Virus record (IMG/VR): IMGVR_UViG_3300044628_000433
Location: 205 to 64,204 of that record
Length of the DNA stretch: 64,000 nt
Direction: 5' to 3' (one strand)
DNA from: a virus
Lineage: Duplodnaviria; Caudoviricetes
The position numbers and the translations under genes are program-made. Shown here piece after piece: positions 8,052 to 17,661 of the stretch (position 1 is the stretch's first letter; every line of letters starts with the position of its first letter). The notes below the pieces were generated by a model. It saw nothing but the letters and a program-made list of their open reading frames with translations. It searched no databases and had not been told where the DNA came from.

Positions 8052-9768
8052 GTCTACTGTAGTTTCGAGAGATCGTTGTCCCAAGTGTGCCGCAATGGGC
8101 GGTGACAACAGCGGAGATAATCTTGCCGTCTATAGTGACGGTCACGTACACTGCTATTGCTGCGGATATCACAAAGGAAACAAAATGTCAGCCGAACCTA
8201 GTACTTCTAACTTTAACAAACTGAATGGTACCTTCTCCGACCTCAGTCATCGACGCATTGAGGAGAAGACGTGTCGGCAATTTGGTTATCAAGTTGCACA
8301 CGTAAACAACAACGATGTCGAGATTGCCAACTACTTCTCCACAGAAGGTGAGTTGGTTGCTCAACATATCCGTGGACCCAACAAGCAATTCGCTTGGAAG
8401 GGTTCACCCAAGAGTGTTCAACTCTTCGGTCAACACCTGTGGAAGATGTCAGGTAAGCGGTTGGTTATCACCGAAGGTGAGATCGACTGCATGACTGTGT
8501 GTCAATTGCTTGGTGGTACTTGGCCTGTTGTGTCTGTTCCTAACGGAGCGCAATCAGCACTCAAGGCTATCAAGGATAACCTTGAGTTCGTCTCTTCTTA
8601 CCAAGAGGTTGTCCTCTGCTTTGATATGGATGACGCGGGTCAAGATGCGGCCAAGGCTATCAGTGAGATTCTTCCACCTGGCAAGTGTAAGATTGCCAAG
8701 CTTCCACTCAAGGATGCAAACGAATGCTTGGTCACAAACCAAGGCAAGGCTGTTGTGTCTGCGATCTGGGAAGCACAGGTCTATAGCCCCGATGAGATTC
8801 TTCACATCTCTAAGATTGTAGAGTCTACCGATAGTCTTCAGGCTAGGGTTTACCCCTTCCCGTTTGACAAGTTGTCTGAGTTCCTCATCGGACAACGATC
8901 AGGCGAGATTACATTGTGGGCATCAGGTACGGGTTCTGGTAAGTCAACCATCCTTCGTGAGTTGATGTATCACCACCTTGAAGAAGGTCGATCTGTTGGT
9001 GCTATCATGCTTGAGGAATCCCCTCAAGAAACTATGGATGACATGATCTCGCTTATGATTAACAAGCCAGTTCGTGCTATCAATGCAGCGAAGATGATGA
9101 ATGATCTTCGTGTCCGTATGGGTAAGCCGCCAATCGACATTGAGTTGTTGACCAACGACTTCTCTACTGACGAATACTTAGAGGCTAAGAAGAAGCTGTC
9201 TGCCACCAACATGTACATCTACGATCACCTTGGCAACAACGCTATGGCTAACTTGCTTGCTCGCATGGAGTACATGGCTGTGTCTCTGAAGGTAGACGTG
9301 ATTGTCCTCGACCACATCACAGCAGCAGCGGCTGGGTTAATGGGAACATCCGACAAGGACATTGAGGGTGGTGGTTCGGAGCGTATCATTATCGACACGC
9401 TTATGAAGGAACTACGATCTCTCGCTGTTCGTACTGGTGTTCACGTCGATATCGTTTCGCAACTCAAGAAGACGGATAAGGCTTATGAAGAAGGCGATAG
9501 AATTACGCTTCAGGATCTTCGTGGTTCTGGTGCTTTGGCATCTGTACCTAATACGGTCATCGCTCTTGAACGCGATAGACAGAATCAAGACCAGACCCTA
9601 GCCAACACAACCATCATTCGTGTTCTTAAGAATCGCTTGACTGGTCGTGCTGGCATCGCTAGTGCTTTGTTCTACGACAGAACAACTGGTCGTTTGCAAG
9701 AAGTTGATTGGGCAACCAACGACGAAGGAGAGGTTGTCTTCCAACCTATTCAAAATGGAACAGCATGA
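8035..9768 (+). CDS. Primase-helicase (T7 gp4-like)
   Basis: Zn finger CPKC...HCYCC; TOPRIM ITEGEID and FDMDDAG; Walker [10 protein letters not shown]; LDHIT; DLRGSG; LKNR. Confidence 0.97.
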   Translation: METLNESTVVSRDRCPKCAAMGGDNSGDNLAVYSDGHVHCYCCGYHKGNKMSAEPSTSNFNKLNGTFSDLSHRRIEEKTCRQFGYQVAHVNNNDVEIANYFSTEGELVAQHIRGPNKQFAWKGSPKSVQLFGQHLWKMSGKRLVITEGEIDCMTVCQLLGGTWPVVSVPNGAQSALKAIKDNLEFVSSYQEVVLCFDMDDAGQDAAKAISEILPPGKCKIAKLPLKDANECLVTNQGKAVVSAIWEAQVYSPDEILHISKIVESTDSLQARVYPFPFDKLSEFLIGQRSGEITLWASGTGSGKSTILRELMYHHLEEGRSVGAIMLEESPQETMDDMISLMINKPVRAINAAKMMNDLRVRMGKPPIDIELLTNDFSTDEYLEAKKKLSATNMYIYDHLGNNAMANLLARMEYMAVSLKVDVIVLDHITAAAAGLMGTSDKDIEGGGSERIIIDTLMKELRSLAVRTGVHVDIVSQLKKTDKAYEEGDRITLQDLRGSGALASVPNTVIALERDRQNQDQTLANTTIIRVLKNRLTGRAGIASALFYDRTTGRLQEVDWATNDEGEVVFQPIQNGTA

Positions 9769-9982
9769 AGTCATGCGAATGATGGCTTGGGATATGTATG
9801 CCGCGTCGATCTTGGGTATGTCTTTACATCCCGGCACAACACGGGATGCAGCTAAACCTAAAACCATAAAAGAGATTTGTAACCTTGCCGACGAGATGTT
9901 GGCAGAAAGAGATACTAGATTTAATGCGCTTGGTTATCGACATCGAATCGAATGCCTTGATGGAGTTGACCCTCGACAATAA
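9755..9982 (+). CDS. Small conserved-type phage protein (WDMYAA...ADEMLAER)
   Basis: Resembles the widespread RDYFAA..AM...ADAML phage pattern; bridges helicase and polymerase genes. Confidence 0.6.
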   Translation: MEQHEVMRMMAWDMYAASILGMSLHPGTTRDAAKPKTIKEICNLADEMLAERDTRFNALGYRHRIECLDGVDPRQ

Positions 9983-11630
9983 GGGTAGACCTGTCAAGGA
10001 GTGTACAAAAGTTCACGTTGTTGTTACAAAGGATATTGATAGCGGAGAGGTTCGAACATGGACTGTGTTTGATGAGACCTTCGATGCGTATCTCAACAAG
10101 GCAACGCAACTCATTGGACACAATCTCTATGGTTTCGATCTTGAATGTCTTAAGCGTATGCTTGGGTACAAGGGTACCGCTAAGATCTACGACTCACTGG
10201 TTGTTAGTAAACTGATGTATCCAGATCTTACAAATCACCCGCTTGGTGGTAACTCGCTTGAGTGTTGGGGTAAGCACCTTGGTAATGAGAAGATTAATTA
10301 TCAAGGTACATGGGAGGAGTTGACGGATGACATGATTACGTACTGCATTCAGGACGTACACGTTGCACATCACATCTACAACCACCAACAGAAGTGGATT
10401 GCTGATAACAAGTATGAGAAGATTGTTCAGCTTGAGTTTCTTGCTAGTGCTGTTGTTGCACAGCAGCAAGCCAATGGTTTCAACTTCGACATCAAGGCTG
10501 CTGAGAAACTACAACATGATCTGTTGATGTTCAAGGCATCTGTTGAAGATGAAATGCGTACCATCTTCCCAGACAAGGTTACTGAGCGTTACTCAGAGAA
10601 GACGGGAAAGCGTCTCAAGGATTCCGTTGAGGCTTTTAATCCCGGCTCTCGCAAGCAGATTGCTGAGCGGTTGTATGAGAAGTATGGTTGGTCAGCACCA
10701 AAGACAGAGAATGGTAATCCCAACGTGGATGCCACAATCCTCAGTCAACTTGATTATCCAGAAGCCAAGAAGCTTGTCGAGTACTTCGATGTTCAGAAGC
10801 TTATGGGTCAGGTAGACGATTGGGTTAGTCGCTCCTCGTACAGTCGAGACGGTCGTATCCACGGCTTTGTAAACGTACAGGGTGCTGCTACTGGTCGCTG
10901 CACACACTCGCAACCAAACGTTGCACAGGTGTCTGGCGATCACCGTGCCAGAGAGTTATGGATTCCACACGATGGCGAGGTGTTACTTGGGTCAGACCTT
11001 AGTGGCCTTGAGTTGCGTATGCTTGCCCACTACATGGCACCATACGACAAGGGTGCGTATGCCGACGTTATTCTTAACGGAGACATTCACACCCACAACC
11101 AACAGAAGGCTGGTCTACCTACTCGTAACAATGCCAAGACTTTTATCTACGGCTTCTTGTATGGGGCTGGCGATGCAAAGATTGGTAAGATCATCGAAGG
11201 TTCATCTAAGCAGGGTGCAGCACTCAAGGAGAAGTTTCTTCGAGAGTTGCCAGCACTTGCTAAGGTCAAGCAAGATGTTGAGTTTCAAGTAGCCAAGCGT
11301 AGTGCGGTTAAGTTAGTTGACGGTCGCTATGCACCAGTACGTAGCGCACACGCCGCACTCAATACCTTATTGCAAGGTAGTGGTGCTGTGGTATCTAAGT
11401 ACTGGATGATCCTTGCTAACACCAGACTGAGGGAACGATTTGGTGCTAACGTTGTCAAGCAACTAGCGTATGTGCATGACGAACTTCAGTTCTCCTGCCC
11501 ATCAGCGATTGCTGAAGAGGCTGGCAAGATAGTTACTAATGCGGCAATCGAAGCGGGTACTAGACTTGCTATCGGTATGCCAATCAACGCGGAGTATAAA
11601 ATTGGAAACAACTGGTCACAAACTCACTAA
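9924..11630 (+). CDS. Family A DNA polymerase (T7 gp5-like)
   Basis: Exonuclease motifs [18 protein letters not shown]; polymerase motifs [26 protein letters not shown]. Confidence 0.97.
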   Translation: MRLVIDIESNALMELTLDNKGRPVKECTKVHVVVTKDIDSGEVRTWTVFDETFDAYLNKATQLIGHNLYGFDLECLKRMLGYKGTAKIYDSLVVSKLMYPDLTNHPLGGNSLECWGKHLGNEKINYQGTWEELTDDMITYCIQDVHVAHHIYNHQQKWIADNKYEKIVQLEFLASAVVAQQQANGFNFDIKAAEKLQHDLLMFKASVEDEMRTIFPDKVTERYSEKTGKRLKDSVEAFNPGSRKQIAERLYEKYGWSAPKTENGNPNVDATILSQLDYPEAKKLVEYFDVQKLMGQVDDWVSRSSYSRDGRIHGFVNVQGAATGRCTHSQPNVAQVSGDHRARELWIPHDGEVLLGSDLSGLELRMLAHYMAPYDKGAYADVILNGDIHTHNQQKAGLPTRNNAKTFIYGFLYGAGDAKIGKIIEGSSKQGAALKEKFLRELPALAKVKQDVEFQVAKRSAVKLVDGRYAPVRSAHAALNTLLQGSGAVVSKYWMILANTRLRERFGANVVKQLAYVHDELQFSCPSAIAEEAGKIVTNAAIEAGTRLAIGMPINAEYKIGNNWSQTH

Positions 11631-12120
11631 CGCATCTGTCGGATTCTACGACTTCAGTAAGATTCAGGGTAGGTATTTGGGATTGTTGGCTAAGATTCTT
11701 AATGGTAGCCATGTAACACACGCTGGCCTCATCCTTGAGGCTGGCGGCAAGGAGTACCACTTTGTAATCTGTAGTGCAAAACAAGAATGGGATGGTCGTA
11801 TAGTACCAGTCAGTAAACTATACAATCTAGAAACCTTACAAGGTTTGGGTGCTGTCCTCATCGGTCGAACAGAAATGTGGATCACTGAGGATATGTCACT
11901 TGAGGATGCTATAACGGGGGCATCATCATATACCGACAGTAATGCTTGGGATATGATTTTCCATTACTTTGTTGGGCGATTCCTTAGTCTAACAAGACCA
12001 CGGAATTGCACAACACACGTTTGTTCTTTCTTTAATATCGAAGACTGCTTTACACCAGCAGAGTTGTATAGGAGATTCAATGATAACCATCTTATTGTCC
12101 GGCCAAGCGAGAGTCGGTAA
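11602..12120 (+). CDS. Permuted papain-like (NlpC/P60 YiiX/YaeF-type) enzyme
   Basis: His before Cys: SHVTHAGL ... RNCTTHV ... TPAEL; TTG start after GGAG. Confidence 0.65.
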   Translation: METTGHKLTNASVGFYDFSKIQGRYLGLLAKILNGSHVTHAGLILEAGGKEYHFVICSAKQEWDGRIVPVSKLYNLETLQGLGAVLIGRTEMWITEDMSLEDAITGASSYTDSNAWDMIFHYFVGRFLSLTRPRNCTTHVCSFFNIEDCFTPAELYRRFNDNHLIVRPSESR

Positions 12121-12784
12121 GACTACAGCTGCTGAATTTATTGCAGCATTTGCAAAGAAGTGTGACTTCAAACCAATCATCCTCCCCTTCGCTAAGGCTA
12201 TTAAGGATGAGGCATTAGCTGCCGGGTTTGACAAGGCAACTAAGCCACTAGAGTATCGTGCCTATTGTCAAGACGTTGGTGAATCCAAGCGCAAGGAAGA
12301 TCCAGATTACTGGTTGAACTTATTTAAGAATGCTTGGAAAGAAGCAGCGATCAAGGATGCAAAGGCAGCACAAGACGAAGACAAGCTTTGGAAAGAAACT
12401 GTAATCATCGTTGACGATTGTCGGTACCTTAACGAACTTAACTTCGGTCGGACGAATGGAGCCGTTACCGTCTTCATCAGCCGTGGTTCAAGAGACCTAG
12501 AAGATCAGAATGCTGATTGGCGTAAGCATGAATCAGAAGAGATGGCAAACCGATTCGAGGATGGAGATAAGGACTACGTTCAGATGTTTGACTGGGTTAT
12601 CAAGAACGAAGGCGACACTAAGCTTCTTCATTCCAAGTTAAGCGCACGTCTCCCTACTTGGTTGGGTCTTGACCCCCATGCCTATATGTCTTGTGATTGC
12701 CTTGGCTGTGTAAAGACAAAGAAGGATGAGCCAATGAATCTAGATGAGTTCTTTGAAGAGCTGTTTGGAGACGATGAAGAATGA
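12080..12784 (+). CDS. Deoxynucleoside monophosphate kinase
   Basis: LSGQARVGKTT, FAKAIK, DYW, DDCRYLNE, HESE. Confidence 0.9.
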   Translation: MITILLSGQARVGKTTAAEFIAAFAKKCDFKPIILPFAKAIKDEALAAGFDKATKPLEYRAYCQDVGESKRKEDPDYWLNLFKNAWKEAAIKDAKAAQDEDKLWKETVIIVDDCRYLNELNFGRTNGAVTVFISRGSRDLEDQNADWRKHESEEMANRFEDGDKDYVQMFDWVIKNEGDTKLLHSKLSARLPTWLGLDPHAYMSCDCLGCVKTKKDEPMNLDEFFEELFGDDEE

Positions 12785-13137
12785 GTCTTGATACCATTGC
12801 AATGATTGGTTACGAACAAGGAGAGTTTAGAGAGGCACCAGAGGATTGGTTCTCTGGTACTGATCTCCTTGTCCGTGGAACAAAGGGAACAGATAACTGG
12901 ATTCGTGGTCGATACTACGATGAAGTTATTAAGCAGACCACTGGTTATACATTGTATCACCAACTTAAGAATGGTACTGTTCAAGATATCTCACGTCTCT
13001 TGAATGAGTATACCTTTGCCCACATCTCTAGCGTAGCGAATAGACGTGTACAAATATCTAACGAAGAGCTGCAACAATTAAACAAATGGTTTAAGATAGC
13101 AGCAGAGAAAGGTTGTTTCCTTGAAGCTTGGTATTGA
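12781..13137 (+). CDS. Hypothetical protein (paralog of 2772-3158)
   Basis: MSLDT...IRGRYY...YTLY...KWF...AWY. Confidence 0.75.
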   Translation: MSLDTIAMIGYEQGEFREAPEDWFSGTDLLVRGTKGTDNWIRGRYYDEVIKQTTGYTLYHQLKNGTVQDISRLLNEYTFAHISSVANRRVQISNEELQQLNKWFKIAAEKGCFLEAWY

Positions 13138-13846
13138 TCGTGCAATCTTAGATGGAGACATCATTGCGTATCGTGCTGCCTTCTGGGCAGACCAAGAGGG
13201 AGCTGAGTGGTTAGATAGACGATTGATTGATGACGTTAAACGGTGGACACCTCCGGGAATTACCGATATCACAATCGCTATATCTTGTTCACGTAAGGAT
13301 AACATCCGCAAGGATTACCTTCCCAGTTACAAAGAACACAGAGAAGGTAGACCATCACCTGATTGTCTATCCGACGCTATTGCTTTCTTACGAGATAACT
13401 ATAAGACAACCAGTGAACCACGACTTGAGGCCGATGACCTGATGGGTATTGCTAAGTCTGGGTTCAAAGCAATTTGTGTAACTATCGACAAGGATTTACA
13501 ACAAGTTCCCGGCTATTCGTGGAAGCCACGGCTGAACTTGGATGACCCAGAGACTGAGATAGAATATACCTCAGTTTCTGACGCAGACTTTTGGTTCCAT
13601 CGGCAATGGATCACAGGAGATTCGACCGATAATATCGGGGGTATTTGGAAGCTTGGCCCCAAGAAGGCTGAGAAGCTTCTGAATTCCACCCACCCCAAGA
13701 ACCATACCGCCCTCGTCCTGAGCCTCTACGAGACCCGTAGCGACAAGGACGGCAAGCCGTATACCCTTGAGGATGCTGTAGCAATGGGACGCTGTGTCCG
13801 CATTCTACGGGATGGGGAGAATACCCCATGGCACCCATACGAGTAG
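13121..13846 (+). CDS. 5'-3' exonuclease (T7 gp6-like)
   Basis: DGDIIAY, YKEHR, EADDLMGI, DKDL, GDSTDNIGG. Confidence 0.93.
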   Translation: MKLGIDRAILDGDIIAYRAAFWADQEGAEWLDRRLIDDVKRWTPPGITDITIAISCSRKDNIRKDYLPSYKEHREGRPSPDCLSDAIAFLRDNYKTTSEPRLEADDLMGIAKSGFKAICVTIDKDLQQVPGYSWKPRLNLDDPETEIEYTSVSDADFWFHRQWITGDSTDNIGGIWKLGPKKAEKLLNSTHPKNHTALVLSLYETRSDKDGKPYTLEDAVAMGRCVRILRDGENTPWHPYE

Positions 13847-13871
13847 TCCCTGAGTTAGAGCTAGGAAACAA
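13839..13871 (+). promoter_or_regulatory. Candidate phage RNAP promoter, copy 1
   Basis: ACGAGTAGTCCCTGAGTTAGAGCTAGGAAACAA; 28/33 identical to the copy at 57341. Confidence 0.65.
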
Positions 13872-13875
13872 GAAG

Positions 13876-14388
13876 ATGACCGAATATAATACTAATACAA
13901 CAACCTTTGACAACCCTAATAACTATACATCAACAAGTTCCGTCTTTGTGAAAGACACAGACGTGTACATTAAAACAGGAAGACATGGCTATCCCTCTAG
14001 GGGAACCCAAGCAGCAGCTGGGTTTGACCTACGGGCAGACATCTATGAACCAATAAAGATCAAGCCTAATGAAACGGTTATGGTTTCTACTGGTGTTCAG
14101 TTAGCTCTTCCAGAAAACGTTTGCGCTTTGGTCTTACCAAGGTCTGGCCTTGCGGCCAAGCATGGTATTACCGTAGCAAACACACCAGGTCTTATTGACC
14201 CAGACTATCGTGGCGAGATTAAAGTTCTACTTCGTAATGAAGGAACCAATACATTTGTCGTTGAGGATGGCGACCGTATTGCACAACTTTTATTCACTCC
14301 CTTCTTTGCACCGTCCTTTGTAACCGTTGAGGAACTTAGCCAGACACTCAGAAATGACGGTGGCTTTGGCTCAACTAACGTAAAGTAA
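13876..14388 (+). CDS. dut: Trimeric dUTPase
   Basis: AAGFDL, PRSGLA, GLIDPDYRGE, RIAQL, RNDGGFGST. Confidence 0.96.
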   Translation: MTEYNTNTTTFDNPNNYTSTSSVFVKDTDVYIKTGRHGYPSRGTQAAAGFDLRADIYEPIKIKPNETVMVSTGVQLALPENVCALVLPRSGLAAKHGITVANTPGLIDPDYRGEIKVLLRNEGTNTFVVEDGDRIAQLLFTPFFAPSFVTVEELSQTLRNDGGFGSTNVK

Positions 14389-14390
14389 TT

Positions 14391-16271
14391 ATGAATACAT
14401 TTGAGAATTTTATTGCTCTTAGTCGATACGCCCGATGGATTGAATCTGAACAACGTCGAGAGACTTGGGAAGAAACTGTTGATCGTTGGTGGAATTATTT
14501 CACAAACAAGGAACCAGTTCTTAAGGAAAGACCAGACATCAAGCAAGCCGTGTTGGATCGGGAAGTATTCCCATCCATGCGAGCGTTGATGACCGCTGGC
14601 CCCGCCTTGGATCGTGACCACACCGCTCTTTATAATTGCTCTTATCTAGAGATTGACTCTGTTGAGTCATTTGCCGAACTTCAATATATCTTGATGTGTG
14701 GTACTGGTGTTGGCTACAGCGTTGAACGACGTTGTATCGGTAAGCTTCCACAGGTACCATCAACAATCGAACGTAAGCCAGATACCGTCATCACGGTAGA
14801 AGACTCAAGAGAAGGTTGGTGCGATGCACTTAAGGATCTCTTGATCTGTCTTTATCATGGCGTCCATCCAACGTGGGATACTACACTGGTACGTCCCGCT
14901 GGCGCACGTCTCAAGACATTCGGTGGCAGAGCATCTGGCCCCGGACCACTTGAGGCCGTGTTCAAGTTCATCGTTAACTCTTTCTATAAGGCTAAGGGTA
15001 GACGCTTAACAAGTCTTGAATGCCACGATATCTGCTGCGTCATTGCTCAGTCAGTTATTGTTGGTGGTGTTCGTCGCTCTGCGATGATCTCCCTCAGCGA
15101 TCTTGAGGACAAAGAGATGGCAGATTGCAAGAGTGGTAACTGGTGGCAAAGCCACTCGTACCGCGCCCTTGCAAACAACTCCGCAGTTTATGCGGAGAAA
15201 CCAAGCCTTGGTAAGTTCATGCAAGAGTGGTCTTCATTGTATAATTCATTTAGTGGAGAACGCGGCATCCTTAACCGTGAAGCTCTTCAGACAGTTTGCT
15301 CACGTGTTGGTCGTGGAGTACCAGAGGGTGTCTATCTTGGAACCAACCCATGTTCTGAGATCATCCTAAGACCAATGGAGTTCTGCAATCTATCGACTAT
15401 TGTCGTAAGACCAAACGATAGCAAGAAGGCTATTCGACGCAAGATTGAACAGGCCACCATCATCGGTACCGTTCAATCGAAGTTCACCTACTTCCCATAC
15501 CTACGGGAAGAGTGGAAGAAGAACTGTGAAGAAGAACGCTTGCTTGGTGTCAGCATGACTGGCATCTTTGATAACATGTTTACTGCGGGACAGACAAGCC
15601 CAATGGATCTCATTGGCTTCTTGCAGGACATCAGAGATGCAGCACAAGACATCAACGTTGAGTGGGCTAACAAGCTAGACACGGAACCAAGCAAGGCTAT
15701 TACTTGCGTCAAGCCAGAAGGTACAACTTCATGCTTGGCTGGTTGCTCGTCTGGTATTCACCCACCATACGCACCATACTACATTCGACGTGTTCGCTTG
15801 GATAAGAAAGATCCGATGTATCACTTGATGAAGGATCAGGGCGTACCAGTAGAGGATTGTGTAAACAACCCAGACTCAACCGCTGTCTTCTCCTTTGCAA
15901 TGAAGTCAGCACCCGGATGCAAGACAACCCAAGACCTCGATGCACAGACGCACTTGATCTTGTGGAGAATCTACGCAGACTATTACTGCGAACACAAACC
16001 ATCCGTAACAATTAACTATACCGATGACGAGTTCTTGCGACTTGGTGCATCGGTCTATGAGCAGTTTGATTATATTTCCGGTGTGTCATTCTTGCCTAAG
16101 GCTGAACACACCTATGAGCAAGCACCATTTGAACCAATCACAGAAGAAGAATACAATAACTTCCCAAAGGTCGTGGTCGATTTCTCTCTCTTAAAGCAGT
16201 ATGAAAAAGAAGATGAAACAAAGGCAGCACACGAACCAGCGTGTACTGCAGGAGGTTGCACAATCGTATGA
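14391..16271 (+). CDS. nrdJ: Class II (adenosylcobalamin-dependent) ribonucleotide reductase
   Basis: PSMR, YNC, GGVRRSA, TNPCSEI, VKPEGT, EHKPS, C-terminal CxxxxC; no beta-subunit gene present. Confidence 0.93.
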   Translation: MNTFENFIALSRYARWIESEQRRETWEETVDRWWNYFTNKEPVLKERPDIKQAVLDREVFPSMRALMTAGPALDRDHTALYNCSYLEIDSVESFAELQYILMCGTGVGYSVERRCIGKLPQVPSTIERKPDTVITVEDSREGWCDALKDLLICLYHGVHPTWDTTLVRPAGARLKTFGGRASGPGPLEAVFKFIVNSFYKAKGRRLTSLECHDICCVIAQSVIVGGVRRSAMISLSDLEDKEMADCKSGNWWQSHSYRALANNSAVYAEKPSLGKFMQEWSSLYNSFSGERGILNREALQTVCSRVGRGVPEGVYLGTNPCSEIILRPMEFCNLSTIVVRPNDSKKAIRRKIEQATIIGTVQSKFTYFPYLREEWKKNCEEERLLGVSMTGIFDNMFTAGQTSPMDLIGFLQDIRDAAQDINVEWANKLDTEPSKAITCVKPEGTTSCLAGCSSGIHPPYAPYYIRRVRLDKKDPMYHLMKDQGVPVEDCVNNPDSTAVFSFAMKSAPGCKTTQDLDAQTHLILWRIYADYYCEHKPSVTINYTDDEFLRLGASVYEQFDYISGVSFLPKAEHTYEQAPFEPITEEEYNNFPKVVVDFSLLKQYEKEDETKAAHEPACTAGGCTIV

Positions 16272-16483
16272 TCGAAGAAACACTAAAGGTAAAACTTGAG
16301 CGTGGTCTTCCAATGACCGAAGCTGAGTTTAGTCGGCTTGCTCGCCAACTTTATAATATGATGACCGCTCTAGAGAAGGAACTAAATGAAATCAAAGTAT
16401 CCCTACCTAGACCCCGAATGGATTCCTTTGCTGAGGGAAATGATTTCCCCGACAAATCAGTACGATCCAAACCAAACAAGTGA
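16268..16483 (+). CDS. Hypothetical protein
   Basis: GGAGG SD; ATGA overlap with nrdJ. Confidence 0.55.
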   Translation: MIEETLKVKLERGLPMTEAEFSRLARQLYNMMTALEKELNEIKVSLPRPRMDSFAEGNDFPDKSVRSKPNK

Positions 16484-16586
16484 ATATCTAGCTCGTAGCC
16501 TTGCTTACCAAGCTGGCAAGCTAGATCTATTATCAAAATTAGAAGCTGTTGTTAGAAAGCAACAGGAGGATATGACAAATGGCTGA
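16386..16586 (+). CDS. Small conserved-type T7-like protein
   Basis: LAYQAGKLDLL resembles the YxAG motif of small genes preceding T7-like structural modules. Confidence 0.6.
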   Translation: MKSKYPYLDPEWIPLLREMISPTNQYDPNQTSEYLARSLAYQAGKLDLLSKLEAVVRKQQEDMTNG

Positions 16587-17328
16587 TCCTTTTGTAAACT
16601 ATAACGCAGCACTACAGGCGTTTATGCAGGGAGGCAGGACAGATACTGCCTCTCTGTATGAGGCCACGAATAGACTGCGACAAACTTCTTTTGTGGGAGA
16701 AGAAAGCACACCACTAAGTCGTTTCTATAACGACGTTGCACAACGTTATCTAGAAAAGACTGAAGCTGCCAAGATCGAAGAAGAATCTATGCGTGAGAAG
16801 TATAACGCAAAGTATAAGGCTGCTGAAGATCAGTGGCTTGGTATTGCTAAAGAACAACTTCTTGAAAACATGACAGCTACTAGAGGTCGTGATCTATTAA
16901 GCCGCAGTGAAAAACAAAAACAACTAGATGAAATTTCTGCGATAACTTCTGTAGAAGATTTTAGAAAGAGATTTCCATCGTTTAAGATGCAGACTGAAGG
17001 TGGTAGTTTTAAATCTTCGGCCCGAAGAAGTCAGAATAGTATGTTCAAAATTCTAACAGAAACGGGAGAACGCCGTCCGGCATCTGAAATCTACCGTAGC
17101 ACGGCACTTCCGGACTGGGGTAACTACGCAAAGGCTATGACTGATGTGGAAGTCTTTGGTTCCCAATCAGCATCCGCAAAGAAATCTGCTCAACAAGAGT
17201 TAGATAAACTTGTTAAAGAAAACGAACGAAGACAACGTGAGTTTAACGAATCTAAACAACAACTTTTAGAAAGTGCCGAAGCAATCGGGAGTACCAAACG
17301 TCCCGGATATGTTGAGCGGCCCTTATAA
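16579..17328 (+). CDS. Hypothetical helical protein, possibly virion-associated
   Basis: GGAGG SD; 249 aa; no Cys. Confidence 0.75.
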   Translation: MADPFVNYNAALQAFMQGGRTDTASLYEATNRLRQTSFVGEESTPLSRFYNDVAQRYLEKTEAAKIEEESMREKYNAKYKAAEDQWLGIAKEQLLENMTATRGRDLLSRSEKQKQLDEISAITSVEDFRKRFPSFKMQTEGGSFKSSARRSQNSMFKILTETGERRPASEIYRSTALPDWGNYAKAMTDVEVFGSQSASAKKSAQQELDKLVKENERRQREFNESKQQLLESAEAIGSTKRPGYVERPL

Positions 17329-17337
17329 GGAGCTAAT

Positions 17338-17661
17338 ATGGGCGCACCAAAAATCTCTGGCGGTATGACCGCCGCAGAACAGAAGGAGCTGCTCGCTGAA
17401 GAGCGGGAGTTTCAAAAAGAACAAGAAGAACGCCGCCGTCTCATGGCGGAAGAAGAAGAGAATAGACGCTTGGCTAGAGAAGATGCCGAAAAGCAACGAC
17501 TCGCTGCCCAAGAAGCGGAGAAGATAGCCTCAGCAGATCGTGCCGAACAGTCATTGATCGAAGAAGCTGAGGGCATGGATGAAAAGAAGGAGAAGGGTGT
17601 TATGGCCCTCACATTCTTTGAAGCCTTGAATAAGGGTGTAACGACCCAGAGGCCACAATGA
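17338..17661 (+). CDS. Virion assembly protein (gp7.3-like by position)
   Basis: MGAPK start; charged coiled coil; immediately upstream of the portal gene. Confidence 0.6.
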   Translation: MGAPKISGGMTAAEQKELLAEEREFQKEQEERRRLMAEEEENRRLAREDAEKQRLAAQEAEKIASADRAEQSLIEEAEGMDEKKEKGVMALTFFEALNKGVTTQRPQ

